From Macrostomum hystrix (Eukaryota > Animalia > Platyhelminthes): a stretch of DNA of 64,000 nt. The notes under the pieces are model-generated. The model had not been told where the DNA came from. It was given only the letters and a program-made list of their open reading frames with translations, and ran no database searches. The translations under genes and the position numbers were made by a program. Below are positions 41,875-52,817 of the stretch, piece by piece. Within the stretch, counting starts at the first letter, position 1; each line of letters starts with the position of its first letter. The DNA lies in assembly GCA_950097015.1 (NCBI GenBank), contig CATNEN010000029.1:3286001-3350000 (forward strand), in the 5' to 3' direction.

Positions 41875-44800
41875 ATGCAGGCCGCCGCAGCCGCGTCGGG
41901 AAGCAGCGGCTCCCAGCATCAGCAGCACAGAGATCCGCCTGGAGCCGCCTGTCTGGAACTGGCACTGGAAGGCGAGCGGCTCTGCAAGGCCGGCGAGTGC
42001 CGTCTAGGCGTCCAGTTCCTCGAGGCCGCCGTGCAGGCTGGCACAGAGGACCTGAAGGTGCTGTCAGCCGTCTACAGCCAGCTGGGCAATGCGCATTTTT
42101 ATCTGCAGGACTATGCCAAAGCTCTGGATTATCACACCCTGGATCTGGGTCTGGCCAGGTAAGTCTCTTCCTGTACTGGTACCCACCTTAGCTTCCAGGT
42201 GGGTACCAGCTACCACACACACCCACCGCTGGGTGAACGGAAAAAAATGGGCGGAAGTAAGTTTTCTGCACGGGAGCTGCAGTCCACCGGGAAAAACCAT
42301 TAGGAGCGGGATTTTTTATTAGACTTGAATTATAAATAAAATTTCAGAGCCATGGGCGACAAGGCGGGCGAAGCCAAGGCGTCGGGCAATCTGGGCAACA
42401 CATTGAAGGTGCTGGGCAAGTTTGAGGAGGCCTCGCTCTGCTGTCTGCGTCATCTCGAACTGGTCCGCGAGCTGGGCGATCGGGTGAGTCACGCGCTTTT
42501 GCTATTCAAATAAGAGAGTCTGATCTCTCCCCTGTCTCATCTCTCCCGTGTCTCATATCTCCCGTGTCTCATCCCTCCCGTGTCTCATCCCTCCCGTGTC
42601 TCATATCTCCCGTGTCTCATCCCTCCCGTGTCTCATCCCTCCCGTGTCTCATCCCTCCCGTGTCTAATCTCTCCCCTGTCTCATCTCTCTCCTGTCTAAT
42701 CTCTCCCCTGTCTCATCTCTCCCCTGTCTAATCTCTCCCCTGTCTAATCTCTCCCCTGTCTCATCTCTCTGCTGTCTAATCTCTCCCCTGTCTAATCTCT
42801 CTCCTGTCTCATCTCTCTCCTGTCTAATCTCTACCCTGTCTCATCTCTCTCCTGTCTAATCTCTCCCCTGTCTCATCTCTCTCCTGTCTAATCTCTCCCC
42901 TGTCTAATCTCTCCCCTGTCTCATCTCTCTCCTGTCTCATATCTCCCGTGTCTCATCTCTCCCTTGTCTCATCTCTGTCTCATCTTTCCTCTGTCTTATT
43001 TCTGCCCTGCCTCCACACTACCTGTCTCATCTCTCCCGTCTCACCTCTTCCCAGTCATAGCAACAGGCACTAATTTTTTTCGCAATTAACCTTCTAAAAA
43101 GTTTGCATCACCAGAATTACTGAGAAAGCTCGAGGGCAAAGTATTTTCTGCGAGTGTTCCCACCGCTAGAAAACTTGATATAAGTTTTACTACGATATAC
43201 TACGTCTACTATATATTATTAGTAGATGAGTAGTACTCGTAGTAGATTGCTAGCAGATTAGTAGTAGATTAGTTGTAGATTACTAAGAGATATTTGTAGT
43301 AGAAACTAAGAGGTATTAGTTGTAGACAGTTCTAGCTACCTTTGTGCGTCATTTCGCTTGAACAAATCAATACTGAAATGAGGCTAATCAATAAGGCAAA
43401 CTTTAAGTTGCCCTTCTAAACAAGCTCTTGGCAAGGCAAGACTGTCTCATAAGAATAGTCTTCCTATCTGGGACCTTTATCGATTCCTCTATTGACCTGT
43501 TGTCTATAAGAGAAGCTGCATGATGAGAAGTGGAAGAGTTCTACTCTGACAAAGTTACTATGTAGGTCGCTAGCGTAGATTCCACTATCTACCAAGCCAT
43601 CATGCTTTTTCGCTGTGTTAGAAGAAATCGATCGGCACCAAGACTCACTCCAACTCGGGTTATGCGTCTTTCATTGGCTGCCAATCTGATTCCTGACGGT
43701 ATCCTCCAGCAGAAAATTCCAATCAACGAGGCATTTGAGTGCCATTTATAATGCAGAAATAAGCTTAGCAAAAAGCAGTACGATAAAAATGGATAAAATC
43801 TTTGTATAAAATCACGGACAACGCATAACTGACGTCGTTCTAACGTCGTAGATTGAAAAGAGGTCATTGTAGATTGAAGAGACGTTCTAGATTAGAGAGA
43901 CCTGGTCCTAGATTTAAGAGGACATCATATTCCAGATGGGAGAGACGTCATTGTAGAATCAAGAGGACATCATTCCATATTTAAGAGGTTGTCATCGTCG
44001 ATTCAAGAGGGCATCAGATTCCAGATTGGAGAGGTCGTCACTCCAGATTGAAGAGGACGTCATTCCCGATTGAAGAAGACGTCATTCTAGATTGAAGAAG
44101 ACGTCATCCAGATTGAAGAGGTTGTCATTCCAGATTGAAAAGGACGTCATTCCAGATTGAAGAGGTTGTCATTCCAGATTGAAGAAGACGTCATTCGAGA
44201 TCGGAGAGACGTCATTCGAGATCGGAGAGACGTCATTGTAGATTAAAGAGACGTCATTGTAGATTAAATAGACGTCATTGTAGATTAAAGAGACGTCATT
44301 GTAGATTAAAAAGACGTCATTGTAGATTAAAGAGATGTCATTGTAGATTAAAGAGACGTCATTGTAGATTAAAGAGACGTCATTGTAGATTAAAGAGACG
44401 TCATTGTAGATTAAAGAGACGTCATTGTAGATTAAAGAGACGTCATTGTAGATTAAAGAGACGTCATTGTAGATTAAAGAGATGTCATTGTAGATTAAAG
44501 AGAAGTCATTGTAGATTAAAGAGACGTCATTGTAGATTAAAGAGACGTCATTGTAGATTAAAGAGATGTCATTGTAGATTAAAGAGACGTCATTGTAGAT
44601 TAAAGAGACGTCATTGTAGATTAAAGAGACGTCATTGTAGATTAAAGAGACGTCATTGTAGATTAAAGAGACGTCATTGTAGATTAAAGAGATGTCATTG
44701 TAGATTAAAGAGAAGTCATTGTAGATTAAAGAGACGTCATTGTAGATTAAAGAGACGTCATTGTAGATTAAAGAGATGTCATTGTAGATTAAAGAGACGT

Positions 44801-47460
44801 CATTGTAGATTAAAGAGACGTCATTGTAGATTAAAGAGACGTCATTGTAGATTGGAAAGACGTCATTGCATGTTGGGTAGAGACGACAAATAATGAGTTG
44901 AATTTCTGGGCGTTTTAAAATATGCCTGCGTGTCATTCGAAAAAATGCTGCTCTTTAATTTATTTTCTTATTTTCAAAGCCTCTGTCTGAAGATCAAACG
45001 ACTTCAACGTATTTTTTCGCAAGCCTCTAATTAAGCTACATCAGGGAAGAGGCGTAACTTTAGAGATATGGGTATGAGGCCTCTCGACTATTCATTCGAC
45101 AGAACTCCTAGGGAAGCAATTAAAAAAGAGACACTTGTTGAGGTCTCAATTTGCCTGTGTTAAATCTTCCTCACTGAAATTTCAAGTGTTTCGATACAAT
45201 TACAAAGCAGGGCAATGGGCAGCTAAAGCTAGTAAAAATCTACCTGAACGCAACTGACACCTCTTAGAAAGATAACTCTAAACATGCTCTTAGAATTATT
45301 CTCTCTGCTATTGCTCTCGATTATTTTTAGACTTCTCTTGAATGCGAAGCATTGAGAACAGTCCTTTGTAAAAATGAGAATAATCAAAGGGCTGTCCTCA
45401 GTGCGCCTCGCAGCTCAGACTAGGGATCGACAATTTGAAGACCCGAAATACATAAATGCATAATCATTTTTCAACAAGTGGCATAAAATATTTTTACCAG
45501 CTCGGATACAGATCGAAAACAGGCAATTTACATCGCACTTCAGGTTGGGGAGGCCAGAGCTCTGTACAATCTGGGCAATGTGCACCACGCCCACGGCAAG
45601 CACACCGGGCGCGTTCAGCAGGCTGACCCCGGAGAACTCGCCAGCCCTGTGCGCGAGCTGCTCTGCCGGGCCGCCGACTACTATTCTCAGAATTTGGTCA
45701 TTGTGCGCGAGCTGGACGATCGAGCCGGAGTTGGACGGGCCTGTGGCAACCTGGGCAACACTCATTACTTGCTTGGAAATTTCCAGGTACAGAGGAATAG
45801 GATTAACTGGGAGGGTTGAGTTGCGGAGCGGGCGAGGGGTGAGTACTTCTCGCACTAAGGGGTGCAGCCGTGGGCAATTTGCGCCAATGAGGGTGTACAC
45901 TGCCTATGAGAAAGTCTGGGTAGATGTACAACTATACCACTGCCCTCAGCACTCCAGCTAAAAGGAAAATACCATGCTACCTGTGAGGAAACTCACGAAA
46001 TTAGCCTGAGAAAGAATCTCTTACACAAACTAAACATGGTACACGAATTGTATTCACAGGCTGCCATTCGATACCACACTGAACGCCTGGCCATAGCCAA
46101 GGAGTTTGGCGATCGTGGCGCCGAGCGGCGCGCCCACAGCAACCTGGGCAACGCGCACATCCTGCTAGGCGAACTCGAAGCCGCCGCTGATCACTACAAA
46201 CGGTGCCTCAGTCTGGCCAGACAGCTGGCTGAGCCCGCGTTGGAGGCCCAGGCCTGCTACTCACTGGGCAACACCTGCACCCTGATGAGAGAGTACCGCC
46301 TGGCCATAGACTATCACGCAAGGCACCTGCGCATTGCGGAGCAGCTGGCTGACCGGGTTGGTGAGGCTCGCGCCTGCTGGTCACTCGGAAACGCGCACGC
46401 TGCATTTGGCGAGCATGCAGTAGCTGCTGAATACGCCGAACGTCATCTAGCATTGTCTGAGGAGCTCGGCGATGAAGCCGGAGCCGCCACCGCGCGTTTA
46501 AACCTTGCAGATCTACGACGACTAATCGCCTCTTCGGTGGCGTCTTCATCATCGGCTTCGGCGTCGGCCACTGGCGGAAATGCATCGGGCGACTTTGCCG
46601 CCTCACCCAGCATTGCTCGGCCGTCGTCAGCTGTTTGTGTGGTCGTCAGCGGAGTCAGCAACATCAGCGGCAGCCCTGAGGGCGGCGTCCGAATCGCTAC
46701 ATCAGCGATTGTCGACGAGGAGCTGTGTCGACGACGTACCGAGCTGGAGATCGAAGGCCCAAACCTGGCCAGGGCCAGCTCCGAGTCCAGCGGACTCGGC
46801 AACTACGAAGGTATGGGCAGTGGCTCCCATCCGCCGGATCTGGAGGCATTCTGGGATCTGGTCTCCTACCTGCAGAGCCGCCGCATGGACGAGCAGCGAT
46901 GCCTAGCGCCACAGACGATCACCGCTCAGCAGGATGCCTTCCTGGACATGCTGGCCGGTGTGCAGGGCTCTCGCATGAACGACCAGCGGGCCACTCTGCC
47001 GCCGGCAACGTCCGTGGCGCCACATTTTCCCGGCCTGCGCGGCGATGGACCGCCAGTGCCGCTGGGTGCCGCTGCAGCTGCTGCCGCCGCCGCCGCCGCC
47101 GCTGCAGCTGCCGCCGCTGCAGCCGCAGCTGCCGTAGCTGCCGGAGGCTCTGTCAAAGAGAACCTCCTGCCAGACGATGCGTTCTTTGACATGCTGATGC
47201 GGTGTCAGGCCACTCGACTCGACGAGCAGCGAACGACCCTGCCGCCACCGCCTCCACCGTCCGAACCGGCGCGCGACCCGATGCTGGCTGCGGCGGATTC
47301 GACGAACGGCGGCGTTGAAGGCGGCGGCGGTGGCTGCGGCGGCGGTCGCCCATCAGCGCCAACAGTGCCTGAAGACGACGTTTTCGGTCAGATCGCTCGC
47401 CACCGGCCTACGGGCAGCCGACTGTTTGGCAAGCTCAGCCTAAAAAAGAAACGCCACTAA
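41875..47460 (+). CDS. GPSM2: G-protein signalling modulator (Pins/LGN/AGS3; TPR + GoLoco); exons 41875..42158, 42348..42483, 45544..45786, 46060..47460; 687 aa
   Basis: LELALEGERLCKAG..AVQAGTEDLKVLSAVYSQLGNA, repeated GNLGN TPRs and GoLoco motifs (QSRRMDEQR, QGSRMNDQR, QATRLDEQR). Splice sites join in frame. GPSM1 vs GPSM2 orthology cannot be resolved from sequence alone. Confidence 0.93.
42520..43035. repeat. 16-bp pyrimidine-rich minisatellite (GPSM2 intron 2)
   Basis: Unit TGTCTCATCTCTCCCC. Confidence 0.93.
43855..44870. repeat. 21-bp minisatellite (GPSM2 intron 2)
   Basis: Unit GACGTCATTGTAGATTAAAGA; homogeneous from 44230, degenerate upstream. Confidence 0.95.
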
Positions 47461-48880
47461 AGACTTTTTAGTAAGCTGTAAATGTTATTTTTTATTCGAC
47501 TCGTGACTATGGCAGTAATATTATGCTTAACAGGTGAAATTAGAAGGAATATGTTCAGGATTGCCTGTGGTCGATTGTAATATTTTCTATTTTAAATTCA
47601 CTGAAAAGCTAAAAGGGTGTTGAATAATTTGATAAAATTTTCATGCTATATCGTTTCTTTAGATAAAAGTGTATTTTTTCGTCATAGTTGTTGACCCAAA
47701 AGCCTTTTTTCTAGTTGCGGTTGAAACCGCTAAGTGATCAAACGTACGTTATCTTTTCCGTCGCGAAATCTGAAGATTTAAAAAATGAAAAGGCGTTTTT
47801 GCATTCGCAAAAAATAGTATTACATATTACTAATTACACCTCGCTCTTTATTAAACTACATATCATATTGCTAATCTTAACTGGATAAAAATGATTATAA
47901 TTTTCAAACGCATTCCCGTCTATTTTCATTGCCTGTTGCTTTAACTATCTACATTTTTATGCTTTTTATGATACACTAATGTCATCCATAACAATTCTGT
48001 TGTAAAACTTAATTAGTTATATTGTGTTGCCGAACTGCCTTTTTTGTGAAGAGTAAGAAAACAGTAATGCTTTCATTTCAGCAAAACAAAATCCGATGGT
48101 AGTGAGACAATGACCAAGATTAGCTTTCTAATTATTTCTGGGTGATATTTTGATAATTTTGTGGTAAGATGAAATCTATCTGGCAAAGTTTTTGTAATCT
48201 GCAATTGTGCCCCTACGTCTACTTAAATCTATATTTTGCTTACTGATGCAAAGCAGTTTTGTCCCGATTTAGAAAATGCTCGTCGACAGTTCGGTGAGCA
48301 ATTTTTATTTGTGCAGTTTGTGAAAATAGTATATAGTAAATGATTGTGTCTGCAATGTCCTTTTTGTCCATACTTTTATATCCTTGAACATAAAAGATAT
48401 ATATCTAAGTTCAAATATATCCTGTTTTGTTTATCTGGTTCAAAATCAGCTTTCATGACTTGATAAGTCCACGATTTTATGCCTAGCATTGGCGGATTAT
48501 TCTACTTTTAGTAGCGTCGACGCGCTCGAAATTATGAATCTCTATAAAATATAAAATTCTTAAACGGATAATAATTTATGAACCCGAAAATTAGGAAAGA
48601 CTAATTTCAAAGTAAGCACACTTAAAAACCAAAAATTTTATTCGTATAGTTATCTATCGGACATAAAAACAAAATACATGTAGGAGCCTGCTATCACTAA
48701 TCACTTAGACTTGTTATGGCATTTTCACCGGGCCACGGCCAGGGACTTGTATATAGTTTTATTTTGGTACTCGTTCGAAAAAATATAGAACTTTTTATAC
48801 GTTCAATTGAAGCTTAAATTAAGCTATAAGCCTTTATAGAAATCCATGAAAGGGTCGTTCCAAATAAAAAAGTTATTCGA

Positions 48881-48953
48881 CGACCACGCCAGGACTCGAA
48901 CCTGGAATCTTCTGATCCGTAGTCAGACGCGTTATCCATTGCGCCACGCGGCC
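48881..48953 (-). tRNA. tRNA-Arg(ACG)
   Basis: GGCCGCGTGGCGCAATGGATAACGCGTCTGACTACGGATCAGAAGATTCCAGGTTCGAGTCCTGGCGTGGTCG; 73-nt cloverleaf with an oligo-T terminator just downstream. Confidence 0.97.
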
Positions 48954-50565
48954 TCTTACAAATTGGGTGTCGGGGAGCAAATTATATAATTATTAAGACC
49001 CTAACTTTGCTTAACTACAGAAAAGTAAGCGTTTAAACCTTCAGCGTCGGTTAATGTTTTTATTCTGGTGGTAAGTGTATTTCTTTGTTTTGTAACAAAA
49101 AATGCTATTTTTTGCAAGACTGGCATTAGCAACTCCTCTACTACAAAACTCAGCGAAGACCCAAAAATTGTCAAGATTCATTGGTGGTCAAAAATAATTA
49201 AATTCTTAATGCATATATGTTATCTTCCAATTTCTCTGAATTAGATTATATTTATTCCAATAAAAATAATCAAGATAGCACTGGTATCCAAAAAACCTGC
49301 CGTCTACCATTTAAAGATCTGCATATAGCAAATGAATATGGAGCTAGGCGACCAGCGGTGTAGTCTGTCATTGTCTGGGAGTCATAGTCGACCATCCACA
49401 CGTACAATAAGCTAATAGGGGTGCCGGGGTGTATGAGTTATGAACTATGATCATACTGTCAGGGGTGTCGTGACGTGATGTTATCATGCCGCGCTGGCTG
49501 ATGACCCCCTTGCCTACTACGCCACTTTCAGAAAGTTTCGGTCACGGAAATTTCCCCAAGTAAACATAGGCAATAAATTATAATGTCGTTTGTATGCACA
49601 TGCCCGGCAATCAAAGGAGAAATGAAATAAGTACGTCTTGCCAAATAAGATCGAGGAAAGGAGTTGGCTAGCTCAGATTTACCGAACTGTATCGCTAAAA
49701 TCATGAGCAGTGAAATAATCAATTTGAATATACTCAGAATCAGTTCAATCCGTTATTGACTAAGTAAATATCTGATCAAGCAGTCAATCAGCGTCATAAC
49801 TGGACAATCAGCCGGCGTGAACTCATTGATGTGAGTTTTAATGGCTCTCTACTTGAAGTAGGCTTAAACTATTTGAAGTAGGTAGTTTGTTAACAAAGTA
49901 AAATATTAAACATCGTTGCCAGAAATACTTCGATCGCTATTTGTTAGTTGTTCGATGAATCTATTCGATAACAACTTTCAACTGACGCCAATTCTTGTTT
50001 AAGGGCTGAAATTCAGAAATTTCTCATGCGCTGCTAAACTTAGTTCATAAAATTAATAGTTTTTGCATTTTTCTAAACATATCGCTTCACCTGTTTAATC
50101 GCTTCAACAGAAGTGACAACTTTTACTTAATCATAGATAGTTATAGTTATTCACTAATAATCAAAGCAAAACATTTCGAACTCACCCTTTATGATGTCCT
50201 TCCAGCTGCAGCTAGCTCGTGCTGTATTTCGCTTATTATCTCAAATTCTCAATCTTAATTTGAGACAGACAGCTGTTCTTCAGTAGCTAGCAACTGAGTA
50301 CTTGAAGAACTCAATCTGTCGAACTGAGACTCAAAGGCTTCGCCTCTACCCGACCTGCCATAGTGGTCCCATGATGGCTGGCGGTCGCTGCGCTCACTGG
50401 AGACAGTGCTGGCATCTGAACTTCTTTTTAGGTCCTTGCATCCTTTTTCCATTGCATAAGCGTTGTCCTTGAGAAGTAAGCCCTCGAGCATTGAGGACAT
50501 AGCAGCTATATAAGGCTAAAATAAATTTTAAATGATTCGAAGTGATACAAATACAAAACTATTCC

Positions 50566-50638
50566 TACCCGTGACGGGACTCGAACCCGCAATCTTCTAC
50601 TTAGGAGGCAGACGCCTTATCCATTAGGCCACACGGGC
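50566..50638 (-). tRNA. tRNA-Arg(CCT)
   Basis: GCCCGTGTGGCCTAATGGATAAGGCGTCTGCCTCCTAAGTAGAAGATTGCGGGTTCGAGTCCCGTCACGGGTA; 73 nt, TTTT downstream. Confidence 0.95.
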
Positions 50639-50689
50639 TCAGCTCAAGACGCAATTCTGCTCTCAATTTATACTCCGACGGATTTCTAT

Positions 50690-51850
50690 TTGCGTACTTT
50701 CATTATACTACTGTAAGTAAGGCTTGTAGAATGTCTAGCTTCTAAGCGGAGGTTAATCAACGACAGATAGATGTCAACACTTACTTGAGAGCTTGATCTC
50801 TCTCCGAAGTTGCGTTTAGAGGAAGTGTTTGCGATCAATTTGCGATCAAACTCGAACAGCAAAGTTTTAACTTTATCAGCGGTAGAAAAACGGCGGGGTC
50901 CAGCACTCTGATTGGTCGGCGAGGGAGATGGGGGTTGGTGTGCAGGCGTGCATCGGTGTACGTGTTGGTAGTGGGTATGAGGGGCTGGTGTACAGGCAGC
51001 CAGGTGTGCTGCACAGTGTCGAAGCGCAACGGTGTAGCGTGAAAAATTTTGGCTGCGTGAGATGCCTAATTTGTTGAGATGGACATCGCATCTTTCCCTG
51101 ACTGGATCCTGATCGGCAACAGGACTTAAAGTGACCGACCCGGTGGCAGCGCAGGCAGGTCTTGTCCTTCTCTGGACATTCAGGAGCGCGGGCGGCGTGC
51201 CCGCGGCCATTCCGCAGTTGCCGCATTGTGAGTCCGAGCTGGACTTCTGCGGCGTCGCGTGCTTGGGTCCCTTGCGTGTAGGACGCCAGCAGGACTCCAA
51301 GGAGCGGGACTCCGCAGCTCCTTGTCGCTCTTGCCCTCACCCAGCCTCTTGACGTCCTTAATGACAGATTCTTCTTGAATCGCCAAGGACATGGCTGTCT
51401 CTAACTCGAGCACCTTCTCCGTGAGCAGGCGTTCTCGCGGATGTGCGGCGAATGGAGAATCGAGTTGACTCTCGATGATATATGGTCCCTGATAATCTGG
51501 TCTCGAAGACCGCCGTATTCGCAATCTGCTGCGAGTTCTCGAAGGGCGTCAACGAACAGGCTGATTGACTCGCCTGGCATCTTGGCTCGTGACTTGAATC
51601 TGTAGCTGTTGCTGATGGTGCTGAACAAAGATGGCTTTCAGCTGTGACACCAGCTTGTCGTATAGGTGTTGACATCCGTCGCAGGCAGATTCCTCAGCGA
51701 GTTGACTCGCTGGCCCTCCTCACCCAGCGGATAGATGAGAATGGCCTTCTTCCGTGCATCCGATGCTTCAATTAGATCCAACGGTTTCAAAGGCGTGTGT
51801 GGCTGTCCTGGGTGGGCGAGAAACACGCGTGTGGCTCGGATATACTCAGG
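50690..51850 (-). pseudogene. frameshifted Ty3/Gypsy gag (3'-truncated element)
   Basis: RFKSRAKMPGESISLFVDALRELAADCEYGGLRDQIIRD, RERLLTEKVLELETA and the zinc knuckle CLRCHRVGHFKSCC (CX2CX4HX4C). No RT, integrase or 3' LTR was seen. Confidence 0.85.
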
Positions 51851-51860
51851 CTCATCGCCA

Positions 51861-52153
51861 TGTCGTGCTGAGGCAGCGTGGCCAAATGAAAAACGGAGCA
51901 GTATAAAGAAGGTGGAAAGGAACGTAAGGCTTGAAAGGCCTACGCGCACTCAGGGACAACTAAAAACCCTTAAAAGGGTTTTAGTTGTCCCTGCGCGCAC
52001 TGTTATACATTTAAACTGTCAAGACTGTCACGTCAACAACCAACCCCCACCCTAACCTAGACCGGTCTGGGACAGACAGTAAAACCCCCCAGCCCATCAC
52101 AACGCGCCACGTGCGCTTGCACTCTAGGCGGCATGCAAGCCGCATACACAACA
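51861..52153 (-). mobile_element. Gypsy 5' LTR (~293 bp) with PBS at 51851-51860
   Basis: The minus strand starts TGTTG, ends GACA, and is followed immediately by TGGCGATGAG. That is one mismatch from the TGGCGACGAG primer site complementary to the tRNA-Ser(GCT) 3' end as recalled. gag follows. Confidence 0.7.
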
Positions 52154-52817
52154 ATCAGTAGATTGATCTTCAGCAAATCATGCAGGTATAGTTTATTCGA
52201 TATTGACCAGACTAGAAAGATAATCGATCGCAATGGTTAAATAAAGTTTTTACATTACAATCGATCAGTGACAAGTTAGCTTTAAACTACACGATAATTA
52301 AAAAAGTTTAAGTAAAACCGTTCATTGAGTTCATCGATTAAAATAAATATTTTAGATAAAGTAGCTGCTAAATGTGAGAATATATATATGCTTACTTAAG
52401 AAAAGCATTTCAAACAATTTTGGGCAGATTTTATTAATTAAAAAATACCATATTTGTGCACTGCACGTATACTCCTTTTCCTGCAAAATGAAGCACTAAA
52501 CTACTATTTCGACATGTAAATTTTATATGAAAAAATAATTTTAATTTTATTAAAGATAATCAATCTAGCTATCTTTATAAACCTAGAGAAATTTAAATGT
52601 AATCTAGAACAACTTCAGTCTCCTACTAGATCTTGATTTGTTGGTGAAGTAGATAGGCCTAGGCCTAGTAGAGTAAACTTTCACTTAGAATTTAGATATA
52701 TATAGGCCTATCGACTTTGTACTTATAATTCTATCAAAAGTACAAAATTTGCAAAGCATAAATCTAAAAGCTAAATAAATCCTGAATTACTGGCTGTGAG
52801 TTCTATATTTATAAACT

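Noticed and set aside
49490-49560. Possible hammerhead ribozyme core (CTGATGA...GAAA); similar motif at ~24620 on the minus strand
   Set aside because: No pairable stem II between CTGATGA and GAAA could be found by eye.
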